The position numbers and the translations under genes were made by a program. Positions 38,168 through 50,481 of a DNA stretch of 64,000 nt are shown here, in pieces (within the stretch, counting starts at the first letter, position 1; every line of letters begins with the position of its first letter). The notes under the pieces are model-generated. The model saw only the letters and a list, made by a program, of their open reading frames with translations. It was not told where the DNA came from and searched no databases. This DNA is from Antedon mediterranea (Eukaryota; Animalia; Echinodermata), in NCBI RefSeq assembly GCF_964355755.1, contig NC_092678.1:19795365-19859364 (forward strand), given 5' to 3'.

Positions 38168-39269
38168 ATGACTACCTACCAAAGAAGTAACCAAACTCCA
38201 CAACCATCTGTAGTAGTTGAAACAAGGTAAACCAGTTCATTCTCAATCAGTTTCTCCAAGCAAAGATCTTTTCTATAAATAGACGGTGAATGACTAGCTA
38301 GGCTAGGGCCAGGCCTCTTGTCTGAACTGTGTGTGTATGAAATAGCTGCATTGAATGGTGTTGAGCGCACGAAATTATATTTCGGTACCATAATTCTATT
38401 CCGGCCTTGGCCTAGCTAGTTAGAAGGACCAATCAATTACCCAGTCTACTCTTCTCTACTAAGCAATGAAAGAAACACTTTAGTAGTAGTACTACACACG
38501 TAATAATTTATTTAAACAATATTTTATTTATTATATATTATTTTGATACAGTTATTAGAATATTAATTAAAATTCAATAATATAAATAATAATATTATTA
38601 ATACTAATAGGGTGAACAATTTATTAAAAACAATTGACTTGTCTCCTTAGACTTAAAAAAAAAATCATTAATTTTAAGCCTATATATATATATATATATA
38701 TCTTTTTATCCCCTCCTTCAGCATGGGAACCCTGGTCGTTGAACTCTACTGGAAACATGCCCCAAACACATGCAGGAACTTTTCAGAACTTTCAAGAAAA
38801 GGTTATTACAATGGTATTACATTTCATCGAATTATTCAGAATTTTATGATTCAAGGTGGTGATCCTACAGGAACAGGTAAGTAGGCCTATTTCAATATTT
38901 TTTTTATCAATCTATTTAAGTTCATTAACTCACTTTCTATTGCTACTTTTCTTCTTTTTTTCAGGCCGAGGGGGTTCCTCTATTTATGGCCAGCACTTTC
39001 AGGATGAAATACATCAAGATTTAAAGCACACTGGAGCTGGAATTTTGTCGATGGCAAACAGTGGACCAAATACAAATGGCAGTCAGTTTTTTATAACGCT
39101 AGCTCCAACCCAGTGGCTTGATGGGAAGCATACCATTTTTGGCCGTCTATCTTCGGGGATATCGGTACTCAATCGAATGGGAATGGTCGAGACGGATAGC
39201 GATGATAGACCACGAGAAGATTTGAAAATTATAAAAGCTTATCCTATATCAGACAATAATGAAATTTGA
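38168..39269 (+). CDS. PPIL1: Peptidyl-prolyl cis-trans isomerase-like 1 (spliceosomal cyclophilin); 3 exons, 172 aa
   Basis: Exons 38168-38226, 38722-38876 and 38965-39269 total 519 nt. Motifs [41 protein letters not shown] and [20 protein letters not shown]. Confidence 0.95.
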
Positions 39270-40124
39270 ATATTTGTAATTTCAAAAACATTTGATATTT
39301 TTTTAACACTCCAAAAAAAAAACTGACGTAAGTGAATGTTATCAACATTTCTAAAGGAAGCCCTTTGTGGCACTTGAGAAGAGAAGATAAGAAGGAGAAA
39401 AGAGCCCTAAAAATGTAATAAATTATAAGGTAGTTAATTGGTTGTTTGGTTAATGTAAACCTTCATTTTACAATTTTGGGAAACAACTTCTAGCTTCGGT
39501 GTACTCAAGCTTGATATAATATATTGAAGCAGTTCGGAATGTTTAAATATCAAATTAAGATTTAAGATACATAAAAAGAACAACAAATATATCTTCAAAA
39601 AGTGGTACAACTCTGACATTAAGAATTATTTGCTCATGTAAATAAACTGAATACAGATTTTAAATTCTTTGTTGTGTAATCAAATTCAAAGTGAAGATCT
39701 GTTTAGATTAAACCATGGAGTTATGATTAAACCTTGATGGGTGTGGTTCTTAATCTTGTTTATAAAATACTACTTGTGGCCGCACTACTTGACGTTTGCG
39801 TTTTTTGGTATGATCGAAAATCCAACCATGAACTACTTGATCAACATCAATACAATGTCTATACGTAAACTTGTGACTGTATTAAACTCTCTAAATCAGC
39901 GGCATGAAATGTGGCTTGATTCCCGCTAGCACGCAACGTAAAGACGTAAGCCGCAACGCAAGCTAGACCGGAGAGTTTAAAAGCACATCTAGTAGAGCTG
40001 AGAGAATTCAAACGATAGTTTCTAGAGCGCTACCCGTTATGCCACAATGCACACGAGTATATTATTATTTAATCGTTACGTCATTTTTATGAAACGATTT
40101 TTTAAATATTGCTATAAACAAGAT

Positions 40125-40200
40125 GACCGGATAGCTCAGTCGGCAGAGCGTCGTGTTGATGACACGAATGCATGGGATTGAACCGATCCCATGCCGGTCG
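40125..40200 (+). pseudogene. tRNA-Ile-like cloverleaf (anticodon GAT) with aberrant T-loop; tRNA pseudogene or SINE head
   Basis: Acceptor stem GACCGG/CCGGTC, D stem GCTC/GAGC, anticodon stem TCGTG/CACGA with loop TTGATGA, T stem ATGGG/CCCAT. No TTCGA loop and no oligo-T terminator. Confidence 0.6.
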
Positions 40201-40310
40201 GCGGGATTGAGTTAAAGCTATGCAAGCTTCTGTGTTTGGGGTTCACAGATTTAAACGTCTCCTCTTCCACCATACGTCATGAGGCGATAACATACATCAA
40301 AGCATCCGAA

Positions 40311-40905
40311 CAGTGGCGCACCCCCACCCCCCCCCCCCCCATAAATCTGGAGAAAAAAAATTATCCTACCATAAGGGAAAAAAAATTGGGAAAAGAAGCG
40401 TTAAAAAAGGAGTACTTTCACTTTTGATTAAAATACATTGTTTCAGCGTCGTGCTAATTTACTTTTTATTAGAGGTCACCATTGCCGTTGCTGTCTGTAA
40501 ATTTGTAAGAGTTGCGAAATGAATTGCCGATTTTTACCTGAAAAATAAACGCATTTTGGTCCCTGGAAGTAACAAGATATTGACGCGTGTATTCCCATAC
40601 TCGGGGCATTTAACAAAGTTCGCCCTGGAAAAGCACCTTTTCCCGCCGACTTGTGAACGCCCAGTGTTGTGACACTTTTACTCAAAATAGGCCTATAGGG
40701 AAATATCACCCTTTAACATGCTAGAGGGCCTACCTCAGTTTTCATATTTAAAATATCAATTGTTAATACATTTATAATAACGTGAGAGTACCATAACCAT
40801 CTAGAGGTTTTACATTTTCAAAATCGCCTCAACTCGGCCCCAACCACGGTGGGGCTAAGTTGGTGTGGACTCTCTACAGTTCACAAAATCCTTGATCCGC
40901 CCCTG
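40311..40905. mobile_element. Possible hAT-like MITE (cagtggcg...cgcccctg)
   Basis: Short imperfect TIR and a C-run near the left end. Flanks tccgaa/cccgaa match only partly. Confidence 0.4.
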
Positions 40906-41376
40906 CCCGAAGACTGTGAGAGAGCCTTACCGTGCCAGAGGCAAGGGAACACACCATATTTTATTTCCTTCTGTGGCTTCCCGTCTCCTTTCGATCTCAT
41001 AAATTTTATGTTTGACGCCCTCAAAGGAACACTTAATTAAGTTATGTCAGAAAATTAGGAACAAATAAATATAAATGTGTAAAGATGCCGATGCTTAGCC
41101 TGGCTAGTGTATTCTCTCTATTTGTTTATATGCAATATTGTAATAAATTTTTCAAAAAAGGTTTATAAAAAGGGTTATTATAATTCATACAATAATTTCT
41201 GAAATTTCAAGACTTGGATTGTCTAAATTCTACCACACCGTTCGTTTGTAAAGTGAATCAAGCAAACGTATCACGGGGGGTGGGGGAGCTCAGCTTAGCT
41301 TACGTATGCCTACGATGACATCGTATCACAAAACGTGGTTTGTAGTCGAATCTCACAGAATATTCACAAATAAAAT

Positions 41377-41691
41377 AAAAGGACCTTCTTTTATGATGCT
41401 TTTTTTCTAAAACATTAGTTCATCGAGGGGCCTATAAGCACTGTATACTCAGGATATCATGGGAATCAAGTAAACAAGTACAATATTTGAATAATAAAGG
41501 TATCATCCGAGATCCGATTCTCATAGTAGGGGACAAAAGGACCTTCTTTTATGATGCTTTTTTTCTAAAACATTAGTTCATCGAGGGGCCTATAAGCACT
41601 GTATACTCAGGATATCATGGGAATCAAGTAAACAAGTACAATATTTGAATAATAAAGGTATCATCCGAGATCCGATTCTCATAGTAGGGGA
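41377..41691. repeat. Tandem duplication, period 158 bp, upstream of methyltransferase copy A
   Basis: 41377-41533 appears identical to 41535-41691. Confidence 0.9.
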
Positions 41692-41950
41692 AAACCCACA
41701 TGCACACTGGAAAACCAATCACCTCAAAGGTTGGTACCATATTCATATACAGATCATTGTCAAGCACGATCATGCCACACTTTGGTCACTATAAATGAAA
41801 CCAAAGAGGAGTAACTAAATTTCACTTAGATATACCTGATTTATAACTCGCATTAATGGTACAGTCCATTGCCTAGGCGGATGCACTGCTTTGTTTGATA
41901 CCCATTTTAACTATGAATGTGTGACTGATCAGCGGAGAAAGGGAAAAAAC

Positions 41951-44900
41951 ATGTCTGCCCCCGTGAATATTGACGACTGGCAGTCCAAGTACGAAGAAAC
42001 CGATACATTTACAATAGTCAAATTGTATGGTGACCATGCGCAAATATATGATAAGGTAATTATTCTACTTGTATGATTATTATTTTAAAAGAAAACGTCG
42101 TAATCTCACTGTGAATGAATGGAAAGTGTCCTTGACCCGACTGCTCCATTTTAAGCTCTGTCCATATACCACAAGTTTGACAAAACAAGTATGATGTGCC
42201 CAAATATGGTAATGACGTGCACAATGACATATGCTCAAATATAATATGATAGTGATATTTTTTATTTATTTTCAATCTTTCTACATAAGTATAACATCTA
42301 GGCCTCTATATAAATTCGATAAATCACGCGTTAATTCTAGAATGTTTAGGCCCTACTCGATGGTATATAAAGTTGGATAGAATCTCGGTACTGATGTTAA
42401 CCCTGTTTACTAATTAAATTTAGTTAGATAATTAGTTATTGGACAATTAAAACGAATTTAGGTTCAACGATTTTCCCCAAATACGGGTGTTTTCCGATCG
42501 TGGTATACACTGTCTAATGGATGTCCTATTGAAAAATACCTGCACACAATAATACGAGGATATGCTTCGCATTTTCAAATCTCCTCCTGCGATAATTGTT
42601 TTTAATAGCTGAAAATCAGTGGAACAGCTCGAGTACAGTATCATACAGGCCGATTTTCTTAAAATACTGATTTGCGATGAATGAAACATTCCGATTCTCA
42701 GACTCCCAGTAAGGGCCTGTTCAGACATACGGAGTTATGCTTTCGTACTGTACGCGGCGTACAAGTCCATAGGTCTGAACCAGGAAAAGATTAGTGGAAG
42801 CCACCTCGTACGACACTGATATTTCGTACGCTACGAAAGCTCAAGGTATGAGTTTAGTGGACGTCGCTTACAATACGAAAGTCACGCATCGATGAATATG
42901 ACCTAGGTTAGATATCTAGCCAATCAAATTACAATATTCGCCACATCACATCGTGACATGTGCTCCTCATCGTATAGCCAAGCTGATCCATTTGTTGTGA
43001 TCGGTGAACGTGCGAAAAAATCATACCTTTTGTTGTTACACTATACAGTATTATTATTAATATTATTATATTAATTAATTTAAAATGTCATCGAAGCGTG
43101 CGCATTGGCGAGAAACCGAAGTAAAATACCTTATTTCATTGTGGGGAAGCCCTGAGTTCAGAGATCGGTTGGAAGTGAAAAACTGGCGTAAAAGCACCGA
43201 CAACAAGATGTCTGTGTTCAACGAGATGGTGGACACGTTAGCAGATGGGCCATCCTCATAAAGAAGGATTTAATATCCAAACGAAATTGAAGGGGTCGTC
43301 ATATAAAGCGGCGAAAGACCGAGTAAATAAATCTGGAGCCGGTGCAAGTACGGGATCTGAACATTTTTCTGCCATAAATGATATTTTAGGTCATAGACCA
43401 AATATAAACCCAAACCCCAAAACGATCGGCTGGTTGGTATGCCTGACAACCAATCGATAATGCCGAGCCCAAGTGTTCGGTCTAGGCCTGTAACTCCTAC
43501 CCCAACCACTACTACTTTTAATAACAACGAAGGTAGGTCAAAACGTGCGTTAGAGTTTGGTTAATCGCCAGCGAGTGACATCATATCCGTTTATAACGCA
43601 ACTTCGTTGCAATGAATCTGAACACTTTGCTCTTACGACGCTCATTAAAATATGACCTTGGCTGTGATACGAAAGCATAACTCCGTAGGTCTGAACATAC
43701 CCTTAGTCAATTTATGAGCCCTTGGTTTAACTAAGTAGGTACATTTATGGGCCCTTGGAGAATAAACTTACAACTGAGATGTACTTTGACAATATTGTAA
43801 ATACGTATTAACCATTTTTAGTCGACATTTGAATCAAAATTTTCTTACTGTGAATGTAGTTACTGTTAGATATATAAACACATATACAAAGAACATTTAT
43901 TACTCTGTGGGTAGGCTCTACTGCTGGATATATAAACAAATAATATACAAATAAAAACTTTACTACAGAGAGTTGCTTCTCAACGTTTGTATTAATAATT
44001 ATAAAAAATATAAACGTCGTAGTGGTGTATCGTTACATGTACTTTACTATTTCAATCGACTACAACAGGGACAGTTTTAAAAAAGTATTAAAATGTAAAT
44101 GATATGTTTTACTGTGTTTAGTGGTATATTTTTTATAGGCCTAAACTATAAACATTTAAAAAGTGCTCTTCCCATCCTCTTCCTCTATTTCTCAACTCTA
44201 ATGTTATATACAAACACAAATTGTGGGTTTGCTTAAATGAGTTCAAATAAAAAATTTGGACTCATTTTTAAGACAAGTTTCTCTTTCGGAAGTAGTAGAC
44301 CTAATTCCCAGGGTGCTAATTTTAGTTGAATACATTAATCATCGTGTCTATTTATTTGTTTCTGAAAACGACAATGTATTTATAGTCCTGCTGTACGTAC
44401 ATTTAAAATCGCAAGTTTTTTAACGCCGAAATGTCTGGGTATTCGAGAACCATCTGTGTACCAACTTAGATTATACTTTAATTATAACAATACAATATAG
44501 AAAATACATAGAAAAATGTGTAATTTATTTATGCCATCATCTTGTTTTTTTTTTGTATTATGGGCACATCACATTTTTTATCACATAAAATGTTTATAGT
44601 GATAGAGTTTTGATGTAAAGTTTTCAGGAATTAAAAAAATAGCCTAATCTAAACCAATCTAAATCTTAAACCATCAGCACAAGTTACAATCGAGTAGACC
44701 ACCTAAATAGGTCCATGCTTGGAATGAAAATAATGTTCCGATCTGAATTCAATTAAATACAGCATCGTCTGATCACCGGATTATGGTCTATTAAAAAAAC
44801 ACTAAAATATTGATAGGATCATCTACTGCAGTAAACAACGTAAACATTTATTTTCTTTCTTTCATCATCTTTCATAAACAATTACAAAATATAATGTAAG

Positions 44901-46527
44901 TATACAATTTGTACGTTTCTCTTAATGTTGTTTAAGGTTAATATGGGAGATCATATGGACATTGTCAATGCATTGACGATAGATAGTGTTTTAAAGTACA
45001 TTCCTGATAAACAAACTCGTGCGCTGGACTTTGCAGCATGCACTGGTCTTTTTGGAGAACAGGTGAGTATGAGTACAATATGCCTAAAGCGTGGTTCCCA
45101 CTAGCGACGCAGCACAAGGACGTAACGCAACGCAAGCGAATTGACCAATCACAAGCGATGGCTTATTCGCTTGTGATTGCTAACTGTCTATAACGTCGCT
45201 TGTCATTGGTTAAAACGCTTGGGTTGCGTTTACGTCCTTGCGTTACGTTCTAGTGGGAACCAAGCTTTACTATTCATGAAACGCGCAGAGGCGCAATGCA
45301 AGTGAGTTAATAGGACACAAAGCAATTATGTAAGCGTACGCAAGCGATTTGACCAATGACAAGCAACAGTTCGAATATATTTCCATTGCTTTTGGAATTG
45401 CTTACGTAATTCAAATTATTATCAACCTAATGTTCTTCTAACTGACGATTTAGATATAACATTATTTCTTTATGAACTTTCCTAAACAAATGTTTTCTAT
45501 TTCATTTGTCTTTAACATAAACAAACCTAAGTTGATTCTCTGCGTCTTTGATTGTTAGCTTCATAAATATGGTTACACAAACGTTGATGCATTTGATGGA
45601 AGTGCAGAGTGCATAGAAGAATGTAAAAAGAAAAATATCTACACTAACTTCTTAGTCGAATTTGTAAGCGATAAGCAGCTTCATATACCAGATGGTAAGT
45701 ATTTAAAAAAAAACGACAAAAACAAAAAAAAATAAAAATCTACGCGGGACGATTTCTGAGCCGAACTAATGCAGTGATTCGCTGTTGTTTAACAGGTGTA
45801 TTTAAATTTCTTATAGATTCGTACGATGCTGTTGTTTGTGTCGGTGGATTTTCTAAAAATCACTTGCCTATCTCAACATTTTCAGAATGGGTTCGAATTT
45901 TAAAGCCAGGTAAGCCCGTGTTGTTATGTAATCTCTTCTTCCTCGGTTACATTTGCCGAAAAAGAAGAAGAGATTACCTTCTCAAATGTACTTAATAACC
46001 CAACCCTCTAAATAATCTCTCTCAACTATTAAAAAAAACACGCTATTGATAGATCTCGAACCCAGGGTAAACCAGTACCGTTTTGATTGTACGATTAATC
46101 GGGAAACCACCTCACGACGGTAAACCCTTTACCACTCGACCAAACATTTTGGTTGGGATAGTCACGTCAATTGACTATTTAAATGAGGCAAATGTGACCG
46201 AGGAAGAATAACTTACCGTGTTGTTACAGTCAACTTTTAATTTGGCCTTTGTGCGCATGCGGGCCTTAACTTAGTCATGAATAATATTGTATTGTATGTA
46301 ATGAAATTGTATAAAGTTCATATTGGGTTTTTTTTTCAGGTGGTTACTCCATCAATTCATTCCGTCTGAAATGGTTGACAGTCGAACCAATGTACAACGA
46401 AGGGAAGATGCTTGCTGAATTAGAAAGATTAGAAAAAGAAGGAAAATGGAAGTGTATAAGTAGAGAGGAGGATAACGAGAAAGAAGAGGATAAACGTTTT
46501 GTAAAATATATTCACCAAGTTGTTTAA
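41951..46527 (+). CDS. METTL27/WBSCR27-like class I SAM methyltransferase, copy A, 215 aa
   Basis: Exons 41951-42055, 44937-45062, 45559-45694, 45817-45909 and 46340-46527. Motifs LYGDHAQIYD, LDFAACTGLFG, VDAFDGS, YDAVVCVGGF..NH, EWVRILKPGG and LEKEGKW. Confidence 0.85.
42305..44470 (+). mobile_element. Non-autonomous Helitron, copy 2 (degenerate, with nested Harbinger element)
   Basis: Colinear with 61357-62702 apart from the 42713-43702 insertion; 3' hairpin missing. Confidence 0.7.
42713..43702 (+). mobile_element. PIF/Harbinger-derived element with a frameshifted Myb/SANT-like ORF (43085 to about 43420)
   Basis: ~33-bp TIR ggg..tgttcagac.tacggagttatgctttcgta, flanks TAA/TTA. Translation MSSKRAHWRETEVKYLISLWG...YKAAKDRVNKSGAG...HFSAINDILGHRP. 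Confidence 0.8.
45088..45266. mobile_element. Palindromic MITE family A
   Basis: TIR with TAA/TTA flanks. Confidence 0.85.
45927..46215. mobile_element. Small TIR element with 11-bp flanking direct repeat and internal A/B-box-like motifs
   Basis: TIR ttcttcctcggttacatttgcc / ggcaaatgtgaccgaggaagaa. ccgtgttgtta at 45916-45926 and 46216-46226. The internal segment also occurs at about 28205-28257. Confidence 0.6.
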
Positions 46528-47699
46528 AATAAAGCAGGGCTCAATTTAGCTTTAGTGATCTTGTAATTCATTTCCGTTATATGGGTGTATCAATAAGCCA
46601 ATAGGGTTGGTGAACATCAATCCAAAATACGCAGAATTTTGGATAATTTATAGCGCCCTCAAGTTGACGTATTTTGGTAAGACTCACGTATTTTGGATTT
46701 GTATAGCGCCCTCTAGTTGACGTATCACCAACCCGAATCCAATAAACATCAATCATCACTAAATATCTCTTCTAATATCTCAATATTCATCCCAAATGGG
46801 ATACTGTATAGTATATTTATAATATGCAGTATTGTGTAGGATGTTAAGCTCTGTCTACATTATCAAACTAGTTTGACAAAATAAAAGTGTGATGTGCCCA
46901 AATAATGGTGATAATATATGCCTAATAAATATGGTAGTGATATGACATCATTATGTCCATATAATCATGGGCACATCACATTTGTTGTCACATAAAGTTT
47001 GATATTGTAGACAGAGATTTAGTTAAGTTAATTTCGGAGTTAGGTGCTATGGTATGCGCCTTTTCCGTTCAGCAGACATGAAATTGCAGGATGAATTTTC
47101 ACCGGACATGACCGTTACACGAGAATCCGTTGAATTCCGATGGTACATTGTTATAATGAATCGGCATGTATAGAAGGCAGACGATGTGAGGTCAAAGAGA
47201 GGCCGCTAATTTTATGAATATATCGCATTCCATGCATTATTACTTTTTTGTTCTGAATCTACTGAATTAAATCTTTCTATCATAGTAATACATATATTGT
47301 ATGTTTCTGTTGAACAAAAGTTTCACCCGCCTGACCTTTTTTGGAATAGTTTGCTTTGCTTAGATTTAATAATTGGTTTAGATTAAATTTAGATAAAGCG
47401 AAAATTTATTTTTAAACACAATCTTATTTTATGGCACAGCGTTAGGTGAATACTAGTTTAAAAGACTGAAAATCTCACAGTTTACCACTGAATATAATAC
47501 CTACACAAGAAGAAACACTGATGAACACGTTCGTTTCGTTACTATTTTCATGGTATTGTTCCAAATACAATTCAACCATTCTTATCAGAATACCACAACC
47601 AGTTGTTGTACAGTTACGGATTTCTGCTGCTTTTAGTACGTGCTGGATTGTTTACCTCTGTCGCTGTGTAATATTGTTTTAATATTATAGATTTTAAAC

Positions 47700-49564
47700 A
47701 TGGCTTTTCCAGAAGCCTTATTTAGCTTGCGAAAAGAGTTCAGCGTTGTCAATAAGAAGAAAATTTGCAAGGTATACGACAATCATGCAACAGATTTTGA
47801 TGAGGTAAGATAATTTGGCGAATCCGCCACGAAATCCGCCAACAACAACGGATTCCATAATTGGTATGGGACGCTATGTGTCATAATCTTAATGACGTTT
47901 CTCCTTGTTGTTTTCTTTCACATAAGTACGGTAAATACTTTTAAATAAAAAAGCACTCTATTGCAATTTTTATAGCTGTTGTTTTCTTGTTAATTACAAA
48001 TTAAAAACATTTGGCAGTATAGGCATATATGATATTTCATTATGGTTGATATGATATTAATTGTTTGTGTTCGATAGATAGTTGGTACATTTTCAAGTAA
48101 TGGCCAAAACATGACGATAAATGCGTTGAATGAATTGGTCCCAATAAAGTGTTCGCGGATTTTGGACTTTGCAGCTTGTACTGGTCTTCTTGGTATGAAA
48201 GTGAGTAGGCCCTAGCCTAGAACATTCTGTTATAACACATGACCACTCAAAATAATTACGTATTTATTGCGCTTTGTTATTGTCCCTGTGCTTAAAATTC
48301 AAAGAAATTGATATCAGATACTAGTCATCCATTATAATGATAGTGTAGGCTATACGAAACATATTTCGTAACGGAAATTCCACTAAAATTCCGTGTTAAA
48401 ACTTCTACCCACTAAAACTTAGCCTACACTTATTAACAATTATCTGGTTTGGGGGGATTTTTTTAGGTTTTTTTTGCAGGCGCATAGAAGCGGCTTTACA
48501 AATATTGACGCATTTGACGGAAGTCAGAACTGTATAGAAGAATGCAAAAGGAGGGACATCTATACAAACTTTATAGTGGAATTTGTTACTGATGCTCCAC
48601 TTAGTATTGTCTCAGGTATTACATTGGGTTTTTGGAATTATCGTTCTTTTCTTTTGATTCAATCATATTTGAGTTGATCTGAGTATGTTCCGAATGTATA
48701 GCTAAAATTAGTGTCCTCCCACTCTTGATATTGTCTGTTTATGTTTATCAATCTGTTTATGGTAAATAATTATTTTACTAATGAATGGAAATCACCCATG
48801 GTAATTTCATCGGTAACGTTCCATTTATTTATGTTAGGACAGGACAGGACATCTGGTTATTACTATATAACTATTTTCTTTTTTTTTTCTCGTTAACGTA
48901 GACACATATGATGGCATTATTTGTTCTGGTGGATTTTCTCTCAATCACTTACCAATCTCGGTACTTTCAGAATGGACTCGAATCGTTAAACCTCGTAAAA
49001 TTACATTTTTATACTTATAAATATAATACAATCTTCATAACATTAGAGAAGATCTTCTTCTTCTTCCTTTCTTTCTTTCTTTCTTTCTTTCTTTCGTTCT
49101 TTCTTTATGTTTTTCTTTATTTCCATTCACGTAATCATAAACATACATAAATAATCATAGCACAAAACAAAATAATGGAAAGGGGACTCTCTGACGCATA
49201 GCTTATACAAGTAGCAACCCCTGTTACAAAAGAATAGATATATAAATTGAAATATGAAATGAAAAAGGCAAAATGGCATATTCATAATTTAACTGCAAAT
49301 TTCACTGATTTTACAGAGTATTAAGATATTAAATGTGTCCTTGTTTTTATTATATCAGGAGGTTACGTAATCAACACATTTCCAAAGAAGTGGAAGGATA
49401 TAGAACCAATGTACAACGATGAGAAGTTTGATAATGAGTTACAGCGATTAGAAAAAGAAGGGAAATGGACGTTTGTTCGTAAAGAACTCTCTGATCCTGA
49501 AAATTATGAAAAATGTTATATAATGTATATACATCAAATACTGCAATCGATAAAATTGAAATGA
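47700..49564 (+). CDS. METTL27-like methyltransferase, copy B, 220 aa (stop-loss extension)
   Basis: Exons 47700-47804, 48078-48200, 48480-48615, 48902-48994 and 49359-49564. Confidence 0.8.
49055..49285 (-). mobile_element. Probable 3' fragment of a LINE with (GAAA)n tail in intron 4 of copy B
   Basis: Absent from the paralogous intron of copy C; simple-repeat tail. Confidence 0.45.
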
Positions 49565-50481
49565 TTTCATTTATATTTTATATACAGTAATACATAATGT
49601 TTCTATTTTGATATTAAATTTTTGTATTAAAATAATGGTAAAGCCCAGCTGTGTAAATACATTACAGTATTGCTGTAGTAATTGTAATAATTATAATTAT
49701 TATATTATAATTATATTATTAGATTTATTACCGTACATAAAGTACAGTAGGGTTAAAAAGGGGCCTACCTTGTATTACCCGGTCTTTATATTAAAGTTTA
49801 AGTCGTAATATTACAACCCAGTTGAACACATCTTAAATGTATTTTGTTTTTTAAATAAATGATTATTTTTCTTAATAATATAAATAGATGCATGTTTGTG
49901 TTATTGATCGCATGGAACTTAATAATACATATAAACCTTGGCCAAAAATAGACAATAAAGAAGTGGTAGAATTGTTAAATACATTCTAAATATGAGGGCC
50001 TAACCTAGTTTTACCTATTATTGAAGATTTATAATCAGAGGTTACCAGTTGGCCGTAACCAACTATTTATTTGTCTTTTTTTTTTACACACGGGTCACAG
50101 AGCAAGGAGGATTTGCCTTTTGTTAAAATATCACAATACTTTCTTTTGACTGTTACTTTACTCTATGCTAATATTCTAGATTGCTACCATTATTAGAGCA
50201 GATAACTGACTTTACCAAGGCCGCTCTGAAATAATAACAAAAGACTATAAAAACAGAGGCCATGTGTAATAGCTTGAACCAAAAACGAAGGCAACGAAGG
50301 TAGAAATAGATACATCCATGATTCAACAATACAACAATTCCTATTTTTCCAAATACAATACAACCATTATTATCAGAATAATTACAACCAATCATTGTAC
50401 AGTTACGGACTATAAAAGCCAATAACCGTACTGTTGTGTGGCTGTTGCTGTGTAATATTGTTTTAATATATAGATTTAAAC

